28,062 nucleotides of DNA, from IMG/VR virus record IMGVR_UViG_3300020699_000011, positions 1-28,062 of that record. One strand, written 5' to 3'. Shown one piece after another: positions 7,135 through 16,587 of the stretch (the first letter of the stretch is position 1; the number at the start of each line of letters is the position of its first letter). Under the pieces are notes generated by a model that was given only the letters and a program-made list of their open reading frames with translations, was not told the origin of the DNA and made no database searches. Both the position numbers and the translations under genes were made by a program. Source of the DNA: a virus (lineage: Duplodnaviria; Caudoviricetes).

Positions 7135-9219
7135 TTAGACGATTCCTACAACACTAAGTGTAGAGAAGTTTATTTGACCAGTTCCTGTGTTCCAGTTGCA
7201 TCTCATTGTCATTGTTGAATTTGTTACTACTGGTGAAAGTGGCACATAAACAAGCGACCCTGAATAAGTATTTCTAGTGGTTGTTAATGCTTGACCAATC
7301 GCAAAGTTTGCAACAAGGGCGTTACTTGGCCCTTCAATAATGTTTACAGAAAGAGTTGCGGAAGCAGATTGAGCATTTGCTTGACCCATAGAAAAAGTAA
7401 TTAAAAACTTTGAATAAACGTATGTATCTGTATTAAAAACAACACTGTTAATTGCTACTGGGGAAGTTCCCACCGGAAGGGCTGTTGATTGAGGATTTGC
7501 ACTCCACGCATCATTGTTTGGCGTAGAACCTGCAATGGCGACGATTGTGTATTTTTTTAGAGAATCATTCCATTGAACCGCACCGTTTCCACCACCGTTA
7601 GGCGAAGGTGTAAAAGTGTATTTACCGCCATCCCAATAAAGAATTGAACCATTACCAATAGAGCCAAATCCAGGAGTTGAACTCATGTTTGTAAAAAGCC
7701 ATTGCTGAGAAAGGTTATCCCAATACATAAGGCTTCCGTTAGACGGACTTGTGGTTCCGCTAACAGCCATACCTTGAATCTTGGCAACCGTTGGATTTGG
7801 GTAAGTTCCTGAAAGGTCACCACCAGCTGCACCTGATGGTGATGCCGCAGCTGGAGCCCAAGCCGTACCGTTCCATGTAAGAACGTATCCGGTAGTTGCA
7901 CCAGTAGTTGTTCCCAAAGGCGAGCCGTTAATCTTGGCAACCGTTGGATTTGGGTATGTTCCAGTTAAGTTTCCACCAGCAGAACTTCCAGAAAGAATTG
8001 GAGTTACAGCCGTGTATGAACTTCCGTTCCATTGAAGTATTTGTCCATTTGATAGAGAAACACTAGAAGTCCAGAAACCTCCATTCCAATACATAACTGA
8101 GCCGTTGCCAGTTGGAGCTCCTGTAGAGATAATTGCATTAGTGCCTGCATATGTGGAATAATAAAGAAAGTTTCCATTTGATATAGTAGTAAGGTTTAAT
8201 GTATTGCCTTGCAATTTTGCAATTGTTGGGTTAGGGTATGTACCAGTTAAGTCACCGGCAGCAGTAGTTCCTGAAACTACAGGTGTTACTGCAATATATG
8301 AACTACCGTTCCATTGAAGTATTTGTCCGGTTCCAGGCGTTGCCGTTTGCACCCACCCAGCAGTGTTCCAATAAAGCATCTGCCCTGCAGCAGTCGGCGC
8401 CGCAAAAGGAGACCAAGAAAAACTTGTAGTACTATAACCAAGAAGACTTCCATTTGAAGGCGCGTTACTTCCTGTAACATTTAATGTGTATCCTTGAAGT
8501 TTATTAACTGTCAAGTTTGAATAAAGACTACTTGCAAGGTCGCCGGTTGCAGTTGATGAAGTTGTAAGAACTGTTTGCGCTGTGTAAGAACTGCCATTCC
8601 AAACTAGTACTTGTCCGGTTCCAGGTGTTGCTGTTTGAATCCAACTGGCACTATTCCAATAAAGCATTTGTCCAGCGGCAGTTGGTGCTGCAAAAGGAGA
8701 CCATGTAAAACTTGTAGTGCTGTACCCAAGAAGACTTCCATTTGATGGAGCAGAATACCCAGTAACATTTAATGGGTATCCTTGAAGTGCATTTACAGTA
8801 GTTACTCCTGTGTTAGTTGTTGTGACATCAAATAAAAGAGATTGCGGAGTCCATGTTGAAGTTGAGTTGTTATAAATAAGAATTTGAGCATCAGTAGGCG
8901 CCGTTGCTGAGACTGCTTTACCTTGAATTTGTGTTGCGTTTCCAGTTCCTCCAGAAGAAGGAGACCATGCAGTTCCATCCCATGCAAGAACATAACCTAC
9001 AGTTGCTCCTGTAGTAGTTCCGAGTGGAGAACCGTTAATTTTTACAACGTGAGCAGAAACTGCGCCACTGCCAGTTGCAGTAACATCTCCAGTAAGTGCT
9101 GTAATGCCTGAACTTCCTCCTCCTCCAACAGAAGAAACCGGCGTCCACACTGCATCTGAACCTTTACCGGTTGACGTTAAGTAAAGTCCTTTTGTATTTG
9201 TTTGTGGAATGTTACTCAT
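7135..9219 (-). CDS. Tail fibre protein (694 aa) with beta-rich shaft repeats and a C-terminal tip domain
   Basis: Repeated (A)GDL(T/S)GTYPNPT(V/I)AK(I/L)xG and GQ(V/I)LxWNG..W/Y units; beta-sandwich-like C-terminus. Confidence 0.85.
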   Translation of the reverse strand: MSNIPQTNTKGLYLTSTGKGSDAVWTPVSSVGGGGSSGITALTGDVTATGSGAVSAHVVKINGSPLGTTTGATVGYVLAWDGTAWSPSSGGTGNATQIQGKAVSATAPTDAQILIYNNSTSTWTPQSLLFDVTTTNTGVTTVNALQGYPLNVTGYSAPSNGSLLGYSTTSFTWSPFAAPTAAGQMLYWNSASWIQTATPGTGQVLVWNGSSYTAQTVLTTSSTATGDLASSLYSNLTVNKLQGYTLNVTGSNAPSNGSLLGYSTTSFSWSPFAAPTAAGQMLYWNTAGWVQTATPGTGQILQWNGSSYIAVTPVVSGTTAAGDLTGTYPNPTIAKLQGNTLNLTTISNGNFLYYSTYAGTNAIISTGAPTGNGSVMYWNGGFWTSSVSLSNGQILQWNGSSYTAVTPILSGSSAGGNLTGTYPNPTVAKINGSPLGTTTGATTGYVLTWNGTAWAPAAASPSGAAGGDLSGTYPNPTVAKIQGMAVSGTTSPSNGSLMYWDNLSQQWLFTNMSSTPGFGSIGNGSILYWDGGKYTFTPSPNGGGNGAVQWNDSLKKYTIVAIAGSTPNNDAWSANPQSTALPVGTSPVAINSVVFNTDTYVYSKFLITFSMGQANAQSASATLSVNIIEGPSNALVANFAIGQALTTTRNTYSGSLVYVPLSPVVTNSTMTMRCNWNTGTGQINFSTLSVVGIV
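8290..8787 (-). repeat. Tandem 288-nt (96-aa period) internal duplication in the tail fibre
   Basis: LQGYPLNVTG...GQVLVWNGSSY starting at 8787 and LQGYTLNVTG...GQILQWNGSSY starting at 8499; differences mostly at third codon positions. Confidence 0.9.
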
Positions 9220-9228
9220 AACTTACCT

Positions 9229-9738
9229 TTATTGCGCACTCACTAATACTACTGACATATACGTAAGAAAAGTTCCAGTTGTGGCAAGTGAATCTTGAAT
9301 TCCATAAATGTAAAGACCATTTGATGCAATTGCAGAAAGCGTGACCGGAGTACTGTTAGCAGAAAGATGCACAATGTCAGAAACTACACTTGTGTATCCA
9401 TTTACTGTTGCAATTGTTTGAACTGTTGTTCCTTTAGCTTTTATTGTTCCACCAAGTGTAATAACTGCTTGTCCGTATGTGCCTGCCGATGGACTTACAT
9501 ACGGAGCAGTTCCAGTTGCGCCAAAAGTTATTGCGCCAGACACTTGATAATAACCAGAAGTTGGCACGACAATTCCTGATGCAGATGCGGTTGCTCCATT
9601 TGCAACTTCAGTTGTTACATTCCAAGGAACCACCGTCGTTCCAGAAATAGTTGTTGCATAAACGTAAGAAACACGAGCAAGTGGTTGCCCTGCTTTTGGT
9701 TTTATTGTACTAGAAAGATAGTAGAGTTCTGCTTCCAT
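9229..9738 (-). CDS. C1q/TNF-like domain protein C (169 aa)
   Basis: VPW...NG...SGIVVPTSGYYQVSG...SDIVHL...TYMSVVLVS; paralogous to the two upstream genes. Confidence 0.75.
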   Translation of the reverse strand: MEAELYYLSSTIKPKAGQPLARVSYVYATTISGTTVVPWNVTTEVANGATASASGIVVPTSGYYQVSGAITFGATGTAPYVSPSAGTYGQAVITLGGTIKAKGTTVQTIATVNGYTSVVSDIVHLSANSTPVTLSAIASNGLYIYGIQDSLATTGTFLTYMSVVLVSAQ

Positions 9739-9744
9739 AATCTC

Positions 9745-11976
9745 CTAAGGACTCACATACACAATTGATAAATAAGTCAAATTAGGGAGCCCAGTGGTTC
9801 CGTTTCCCCAAGCATAAACTTGACCACTATTTGTTGTTGCGTAAGCAGTAATTACAGCCGTCACTGATTCATTTTGCGTAAGGTACACAAGGTCAGAAAC
9901 AAGAACTCCGTATTCCAATGCTGTAGTTTGCTGGTTAATTTGGTTACTTCTTGCAATCAAAGTATCATTAGCATAAATATCCATATAAGCATAAGAACCT
10001 GAAGTTAAGTTTCCGTAAGAAATTGAACTTGTAGAACTTAATTCTGCTCTTCCAATAACTTTGTACCAACCAGTTTTAGGCACTGTAAATCCGTCACCAC
10101 TTGCAATCATTCCATTTACACAAAAAACTGCTGGTTGGCTCCAAGTTATTTCTGTTTGTGTGACTCCTGTATACGCAGTATCATATGTTGTAACTGTGCC
10201 AGTACTAAATGTGTTTCCAAACACATAAGGAAGTGAAGTCCCAGCAAGTTGATTTTCGTAAGTAAAAGTAGCAGGACTTGGCACAGAAAGAACTGTTACT
10301 GGAGAGTTGTTAAATCCAGAAAGAGAACTAATGTTTCCGCCTGCAATAGTTGCATTTGCAGAGTTTAAGTAAGAAAAATTATAGCCATCAATGTATGAAA
10401 TTCCAGTTTGCAACCCATTAAATCCAGATAGTCCAGTAACATTAAATCCTACAACTGGTGTTTGGCTTGTATCGATTGAAGAATCATACGTGAAGTTTAA
10501 AGAATCATTTACTGTAATGTTTGCTCCAGTTACTGTGAATCCTGATACTCCAGAAACATTTCCTCCAGATGCGGAACTTGCAATAGTGCTAGCATACGTA
10601 AGTGAAAGACTTGTTGGCACAGTTGTAATTGCGTATGTGCCACTAAATCCAGTTCCGTAAGACCATGTCCCACCGTAAGCAATTTGCGTTTGAGTTGAAG
10701 GAATAGAAAATGAAGTTGATGAAATAGGAGTTATTGTGTATGTTCCGCCGTAAGGAGAAGCTTGAGTTCCAACGTATCCAATAGACATAGTGGAATGATT
10801 AGTAGTTCTAAAATAACAAGTTGTGGAAAAACTAAATGTTGGATATGTTTTACTTCCAATTACTACTGTGCCTGTACTTGTGACAATTTGATTTCCATTA
10901 AATCCAGAGTTTCCACTCCAAGTTGCCGATGTTAAAAAAGCATCAAAAGAACTGAATGCAGTACGAACTTGAACAATTGTTGAAGACGGACATGAATCAA
11001 CAGTCCATGTTCCGTTGTATTTAGAATTTGTACCGGTGAGACCATTAACAGTAAAACTACTGCCTGGAACTAAACCATGGTCATGTTGTGTGTAGTACCA
11101 TACAGTAAAACCTGTAACAGGACTTCCAACAATTTCTGAAAGATTACCTGATGTTGAGACACCAGAAATGTTAACTGTATTTCCAGTTGATGCGCCATAC
11201 GGAAGAGTTGCTGCATCTACAACAACAGTTGCAGTAGTAGTTCCTGTGTTTCCAGAAGTAGTAATTCCTGGCACAGTTCCTTGATAAATAATGCTGTATC
11301 CAGCGGACCCTCCTGCAATTGTCACTGTGACTGCTGTTGTTGGTGCGTTTGAAGTAACAACTAAAGCATTGCCAGATGACGGAGTGTTTGGAGTAATTGA
11401 AGAAATTGAACCTGAGCCAGAAGGAACATACACGGTAACATTTTCTCCAACAGTTAATGTGTGCGGTGAAGAAGTATTGACTGTGACTGCGCTTCCGTCT
11501 CCACTAATGTCAACAATACCAGAAGAAATAGCAGGAAGATTATAAGAAATGCTTGCGGTGTTACCAGTTACAAATCCATGATTTGTAGTTGTGGTGACAG
11601 TGGCTGTTGAGCCATCTCCAACAATTGAAGCACCTGAAAGATTAACTGTATTATTTGCAATTGTAACTGCTGCATTGTCTTGTAGAACATGAGGCGTAGT
11701 TGTAGTGACAATTGCTGTTGTACCATCTCCAATAATAGTTGCAATTGAAGAGTTTGTTAAGTTATTTGCAATAGTGACAACTTCTCCGGGAACAAGTCCG
11801 TGAGAAGACTGAGTTGTAAGAGTTACAGTTGAAGCATTTTCAAGCGCAGAAATTGAAAACACGCCGATATTAGTTGCACTATTTGTGATGAGTTGAGAAC
11901 CATAAAGAGCAATACGGCCTGCAGGTATTCTAAGATTTTCTTGATTAAATAAAAGATAAGAAAGTTCAGCGTCCAT
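9745..11976 (-). CDS. C1q/TNF-like protein B (743 aa) carrying a ~570-aa insertion of nested beta domains
   Basis: The N-terminal 35 aa and C-terminal ~135 aa align by eye with both flanking paralogs (FTVPKTGWYKVIG, SDLVYL, TYLSIVYVS); the middle holds TT..HGL..G..VTI and GFNG..T...FTY motifs. Confidence 0.8.
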   Translation of the reverse strand: MDAELSYLLFNQENLRIPAGRIALYGSQLITNSATNIGVFSISALENASTVTLTTQSSHGLVPGEVVTIANNLTNSSIATIIGDGTTAIVTTTTPHVLQDNAAVTIANNTVNLSGASIVGDGSTATVTTTTNHGFVTGNTASISYNLPAISSGIVDISGDGSAVTVNTSSPHTLTVGENVTVYVPSGSGSISSITPNTPSSGNALVVTSNAPTTAVTVTIAGGSAGYSIIYQGTVPGITTSGNTGTTTATVVVDAATLPYGASTGNTVNISGVSTSGNLSEIVGSPVTGFTVWYYTQHDHGLVPGSSFTVNGLTGTNSKYNGTWTVDSCPSSTIVQVRTAFSSFDAFLTSATWSGNSGFNGNQIVTSTGTVVIGSKTYPTFSFSTTCYFRTTNHSTMSIGYVGTQASPYGGTYTITPISSTSFSIPSTQTQIAYGGTWSYGTGFSGTYAITTVPTSLSLTYASTIASSASGGNVSGVSGFTVTGANITVNDSLNFTYDSSIDTSQTPVVGFNVTGLSGFNGLQTGISYIDGYNFSYLNSANATIAGGNISSLSGFNNSPVTVLSVPSPATFTYENQLAGTSLPYVFGNTFSTGTVTTYDTAYTGVTQTEITWSQPAVFCVNGMIASGDGFTVPKTGWYKVIGRAELSSTSSISYGNLTSGSYAYMDIYANDTLIARSNQINQQTTALEYGVLVSDLVYLTQNESVTAVITAYATTNSGQVYAWGNGTTGLPNLTYLSIVYVSP

Positions 11977-11985
11977 AAATATTTT

Positions 11986-12480
11986 CTACGAGCAAACGTA
12001 CGTTAAAGATAAGTAAGAAGAAGCCGTGTCTGAAACTCCAGCAGTCCATAAATAAATAGAACCGCCAGATGAAGCAGTAACTAAAGCTTTAACAACTCCT
12101 CCTTGTGGGACGTACACTAAATCTGCTGCTGCACTTGTGTATAAAGAATTAGATGCTGATTGAGCAATTGCCGTTCCTTGACTATAGTTTATTCCATTCA
12201 CAATTAAGTCTATTCTACCAAACGAACCTGAAGCAGGCCCAGAATAAGTAGAGCTAGAACTCGAACTAAATGTTGCTAATGCTTGCACAAGATAGTAACC
12301 TTGAAAAGGCACGGTAATCCCAGATGTTGCAGCAATCATTCCGTTTGTTGCAAAATCCGTGGCATTCCAAGTAGGAGAAAGAGTAGTTGAAATTAGTTGA
12401 GCACTTGTTGTATGCACTCGAGCTACTGGCTGGTTAACAGGTACGTTTTTTGTAAGTAGATAAAGAGTTCTTACATCCAT
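11986..12480 (-). CDS. C1q/TNF-like domain protein A (164 aa)
   Basis: PTW...NGMIA..SGITVPFQGYYLVQA...ADLVYV...SYLSLTYV; TAATG overlap with the upstream gene. Confidence 0.75.
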   Translation of the reverse strand: MDVRTLYLLTKNVPVNQPVARVHTTSAQLISTTLSPTWNATDFATNGMIAATSGITVPFQGYYLVQALATFSSSSSSTYSGPASGSFGRIDLIVNGINYSQGTAIAQSASNSLYTSAAADLVYVPQGGVVKALVTASSGGSIYLWTAGVSDTASSYLSLTYVCS

Positions 12481-14750
12481 TATGAAAGTTCCATTGTTGA
12501 AGTAAGTATCATCATTGGCTGGTTGTTTAATCCAGCAATACCGTCATAAAAATGAGAAGTTAAAGATGATGTTGTGTTTTTTCCAGTTGGGTCATATGTT
12601 ACATCAGCAATGTATTGAATTGCTCCGCATGGATTTGTATACTTTACTGTAGACCATCTTGCAATGTTATCTTCAACAAATCCCATAAAGTTTGGGAATG
12701 GCGAATTTGTAGCAGAAAAAAGAACTAATGAAAGCATTTGGTTATTTGTGTTAGAAGACCAGCCATTAACTGTTTGCACAACATACGGTGGGAACGTGTA
12801 CGTTAAAGAAGGAGATTCATCTGAATCTGGAACATAAACACGAGTATCTTGAAGAGCAATGTTAACTCCAAAATTAGTTCTTGTACCGCCAGATTCAGTT
12901 AATACTAAGAATTTTCCAGTTACATTTGAAGGAAGAGGAATGTCAATCCATGTTGAAGGATAAATAAATGATGCAAATCCATAACTTGAAAGAAGTGATA
13001 GCGTTCCATCATCATTAAGAAAAACTACAGCATTTGTTAATGCATCGTAAGCAGAAACTCCACCGTAAAAAGTGGCAAGTGACATTATGTTATCACTTGT
13101 GCATGCACCATCTTTACTAAGACCAATGACTGAAGTATTTGTAATTATGTTATTGCCTTGCACTCCAAGAATTAGTTGATATTCGTCAACAAATCCTTCT
13201 ACATCTGCATCGCTAAACAACGGGTTGTAGTACTGCGCTATAACATTTTGCCAAGACCCAACTTGAAAAACGCTATTACCATCAATCCATGTTGCCATGC
13301 AATAAAGAGTAAGAAATCCCATGTCAGTTGTGTCTCTTACATACACAAGATTTCCAACACTAAAACTACAAAGACTTGAACGTTGAAATGGTCTTCCTTG
13401 GCCCGTGTCGCATGGAAGTTGTGGTGTTGGACTTAAAGAAGAAAGAACACCGGACGAATCTAGTATTGCATAGTATCCGTTATATATTTCTTGCCCATTA
13501 GAAACACCGCCAAAAATAAACAAATAATCAATTGAGTCAATAGTTACTACACTTAGAGAAGGAGTGACATCTGTTGAAAGAAGGTTAAATGCAGGAAAAG
13601 AAAATCCTTGAATTGTCCCGCTATTATTGTATGTAAGTTGAAGTGATTGCCATGTTCCCATAGTACCGTCTTGAGGAAAAGAAGCAGAATAAAGAGTTCC
13701 AGATGGTCCTATTGCATATAAAACAGAACAAGAAGGAGCAAATGTAATAGCAACTTTGTATTCTGGAAGAGGAGCGCCTTTTGACCAAAGCCCGACTTCT
13801 CCAGTAAGATACTCTGCAAAATAAACATCATTTGTTGTAACTACTCCAGTATTTGAAGTAGATGCTGCATTTATTGCAGCAGTTGAATTTGAAGATGTGA
13901 TGTTAGTAACTACAACATAAGTGGATGCATTTACAAATTGCGCGTCAGTTGAAGTTGTTAAAGAAATAAAAGAACCAACCGGATAGACTCCAGTGTTTCC
14001 AAATACAAATTGACATCCTAAAAGATAATTGTTTACTGCATCAACACTTGTGTATGAAATAGTAGTTGAATTAGAACCATCAAATAAGATTGCATTTCCA
14101 CCGAGTGTAGAAAAGTTAGCAATGTCAACAACGCTAATAATTCCATCATTAGAAGTAAATGAAGTTATTGTTGAAGAAGTAATAGTAACGCTATGAAAAG
14201 TTGTAGTTGTAAGTGACGCAGAAGGAATCATCGAACTATTCATTGAATAAAACGGCCCTGGAAGATACTCATTTCCATCAGTCCAGTTTGAAGATGGAAG
14301 TGCATTAAGTATTTCTTTTGGAATTGTCAAAGAATAAGAACTTACACCGTCAGGATAATAATGACCACCAGATGAAGTAGAACCTTGAAGAGATACGGTG
14401 ACATCACAAGATGAAGAATAGTTATTCATAGTTGCATTGCTATTTGTAGCAAGTTGTAAATATGAAATTGGAATTCTAAGACGAGAACCACTAAATACGT
14501 TGATTCCATCAAGAGATTGCGCAATAGAAAAGTTTGTTATTCCATCTATTTGAGCCCATCCTGAAAAAGAAGTATTTGCAAATGGCCCACCAAATCCCAT
14601 TGTTACTCCAGATGTTGAAGTAGTGAATCTTGGTATTGTGCCGTCAGAATAAGAAGAAACTAATGTGTGAACAGAAAGTTCTTGATTTATGTCTGTAGAA
14701 CTTATACCGTTAGTTTGCGGTACTGAATGCCAAGTATTTAATGTAGGCAT
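12480..14750 (-). CDS. Tail-tip/baseplate protein (756 aa) with a degenerate Kelch-like region
   Basis: GLWSKGAPLP, VLYAIG, GTW, YLFIFGG, NLVYV, GSW blade-like motifs; N-terminus paralogous to the upstream gene; TAATG coupling at both ends. Confidence 0.65.
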   Translation of the reverse strand: MPTLNTWHSVPQTNGISSTDINQELSVHTLVSSYSDGTIPRFTTSTSGVTMGFGGPFANTSFSGWAQIDGITNFSIAQSLDGINVFSGSRLRIPISYLQLATNSNATMNNYSSSCDVTVSLQGSTSSGGHYYPDGVSSYSLTIPKEILNALPSSNWTDGNEYLPGPFYSMNSSMIPSASLTTTTFHSVTITSSTITSFTSNDGIISVVDIANFSTLGGNAILFDGSNSTTISYTSVDAVNNYLLGCQFVFGNTGVYPVGSFISLTTSTDAQFVNASTYVVVTNITSSNSTAAINAASTSNTGVVTTNDVYFAEYLTGEVGLWSKGAPLPEYKVAITFAPSCSVLYAIGPSGTLYSASFPQDGTMGTWQSLQLTYNNSGTIQGFSFPAFNLLSTDVTPSLSVVTIDSIDYLFIFGGVSNGQEIYNGYYAILDSSGVLSSLSPTPQLPCDTGQGRPFQRSSLCSFSVGNLVYVRDTTDMGFLTLYCMATWIDGNSVFQVGSWQNVIAQYYNPLFSDADVEGFVDEYQLILGVQGNNIITNTSVIGLSKDGACTSDNIMSLATFYGGVSAYDALTNAVVFLNDDGTLSLLSSYGFASFIYPSTWIDIPLPSNVTGKFLVLTESGGTRTNFGVNIALQDTRVYVPDSDESPSLTYTFPPYVVQTVNGWSSNTNNQMLSLVLFSATNSPFPNFMGFVEDNIARWSTVKYTNPCGAIQYIADVTYDPTGKNTTSSLTSHFYDGIAGLNNQPMMILTSTMELS

Positions 14751-16054
14751 TATGACGCAGAAATCGGGGCATTTGCCGCATTATAAGAAAGTGAAATTGT
14801 TGAAGAAATACCAGCACCTGGATAAGACCATACAGTATTAGAGTTTGCAAACATCCCAATTGCATCAATGTAATGTATTTCTCCATTTGCAAGATTACCA
14901 GTTGCTGGAAGCACATTAACAATAATTTTTGCGAGAACAGCATTTGCTGGCGCAAGAGCATTGGCATTGTAAGTTGGAGTAAATGTATTTGCAGAAGTCT
15001 CAGCGGTAAGAGTTCCTTGAGAAGTTGTAATAAGAACTTGCGCTCCTGTGTACCATTCAATGTCAACTCTAATGTTTCTTAAAGTACTTGCTGGTGCAAC
15101 ATACGCAACAGCAGAATAGTGTGAACCTGATGTTACTGGAATGTATTGAATTCCAGTTGATGTGTTAGTAAGCGCGGTGCTAATTTTTGCAGAAGAAGGA
15201 GTTCCAGAAATAGTTAGTTTAGCAGAATGCGTTCCATTGTACGCAAGTGTTGTTGAAGTGGCTACACTTCCTCCAGTTGCAGTAAACGTTCCAATGCTAC
15301 TTTCAAAACTTGCATCATCTCTGCAAAGAAGATTGAAAGGAGCAGAAGGATATTTTGCTGCCCATTCTTGCACTGAGCTAATTAAATTATTTCCATTGTA
15401 TTGGTATCTTTTATGTAGAGCGCCGTTACCTTCATAAACATTTGTAAGATTTGAAGTACTTGCAATTGCAGTTTGAAGAGTTGAATACATACGAATTGCG
15501 TAGCCGTAACTGTGAGATGTCCAACCAGTACCGTTGTACGTATATGCTCCAGTAGAATCGGTTGAATGAGTAAGAACTACGTCATTAATGCTTGGAACAA
15601 TGCAAGGAGCAGTTGAAACTGGAGTAAAAACAATGTTGTAATACGTGTACGAAGACATTGAATAGTTTAATGGGAATCCAGTAGTTGGGATTGTATTTTG
15701 CCCGCCACTTGGTAGCCATTCTGCTGGAATGTAACAAGAAGCATACACTACACCGTCAGGTCCTCCTCCAGTATCTCCTTGAAGAGTTACGTAAACGTCA
15801 CATCCGGCATTTGTTGTTCCAAGTGCAACTGCAATCCATCCTAGATTAAGTGAACTTCCAACATTTGAAGTCTCAAATCTATAGGAAAGTTGTCCATTTG
15901 TTCCTAAAGAATCTGTTTGACTGGCAGCCGTAACAGTATTGATAAGAGAGCCGGCGTACGTAAATGTTGCATTGTGAACCGAAAGAAATTGATTAACTTG
16001 TCCAGAAAGAGTAGCTTGGCCAGCAGTTGCTGAAGACCATGAAGGAGTAGTCAT
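14750..16054 (-). CDS. Tail-tip protein (434 aa) with a C-proximal CBM4/9-like (galactose-binding-like) domain
   Basis: Start moved to ATG 16054 (TAATG overlap). NLL...ASFESS..TFT...AYNGTHSAKL...GSHYSAVAYV...IEWY...APANA...HYIDAI matches the usual pattern of phage CBM-like domains. Confidence 0.72.
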   Translation of the reverse strand: MTTPSWSSATAGQATLSGQVNQFLSVHNATFTYAGSLINTVTAASQTDSLGTNGQLSYRFETSNVGSSLNLGWIAVALGTTNAGCDVYVTLQGDTGGGPDGVVYASCYIPAEWLPSGGQNTIPTTGFPLNYSMSSYTYYNIVFTPVSTAPCIVPSINDVVLTHSTDSTGAYTYNGTGWTSHSYGYAIRMYSTLQTAIASTSNLTNVYEGNGALHKRYQYNGNNLISSVQEWAAKYPSAPFNLLCRDDASFESSIGTFTATGGSVATSTTLAYNGTHSAKLTISGTPSSAKISTALTNTSTGIQYIPVTSGSHYSAVAYVAPASTLRNIRVDIEWYTGAQVLITTSQGTLTAETSANTFTPTYNANALAPANAVLAKIIVNVLPATGNLANGEIHYIDAIGMFANSNTVWSYPGAGISSTISLSYNAANAPISAS

Positions 16055-16587
16055 TACCAAGCCACCGCGTAAAGAGAAAGTTGAAGAGAAAGAACTAAAC
16101 TTTGTCCGACTGGCCAAGTAACTGTAGGATTAAATGCTGCATGGTCTAGCATATCTCCTGAGTTTGCTTGGTTTTCAGCAAGAACAAAAACTCCAGCTTC
16201 AGTTAAAACATAGTCAGTATTTGAATTATTTATTGGAAATTGAAATTGCCATACAGCTTGTCCTGGATTTGAACCTACTGCTGAAATGTATCCAGAAGCA
16301 GATGCAGTAGTACGACTAAGTTCTTGTTTAAGTTGCGTGTCTGAAATGGCTGGTGGAATTGTGTACACATCTCCAATGCCAATTGCACCGTAAATTGGAG
16401 TAATTATGTAAGGAGAAGTTCCAATGTCTGCGGCAATATCTTGCACTCCAAGATATGCTATTGCAGCAGCAACGTCAGAAAGTCCAGCAGTACAAATAGT
16501 ATTGTCTTCCTCCCACATACCAGTTCGTATCTTGCCATCAAATGTCTCTACTTTAAGTTTTCCGTGGAAGTTTAGTCCTGCGTTCAT
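16054..16587 (-). CDS. Baseplate/tail-fibre attachment-like structural protein (177 aa)
   Basis: NTICTAG...AIGIG...PAISDTQLKQELSR...LTEAGVF...GDMLDH pattern; start set at the ATGA overlap 16584-16587. Confidence 0.7.
   Translation of the reverse strand: MNAGLNFHGKLKVETFDGKIRTGMWEEDNTICTAGLSDVAAAIAYLGVQDIAADIGTSPYIITPIYGAIGIGDVYTIPPAISDTQLKQELSRTTASASGYISAVGSNPGQAVWQFQFPINNSNTDYVLTEAGVFVLAENQANSGDMLDHAAFNPTVTWPVGQSLVLSLQLSLYAVAW

Noticed and set aside
8290-8787. Possible diversity-generating retroelement TR/VR pair in the fibre gene
   Set aside because: Both copies are in-frame coding, differences are mostly synonymous and not adenine-specific, and no reverse transcriptase lies in the window.
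16055-16117. Track start at 16117 for the CBM-bearing protein
   Set aside because: It would overlap the upstream gene by 64 nt; ATG 16054 gives the TAATG coupling used throughout and aligns with the paralog's N-terminus.
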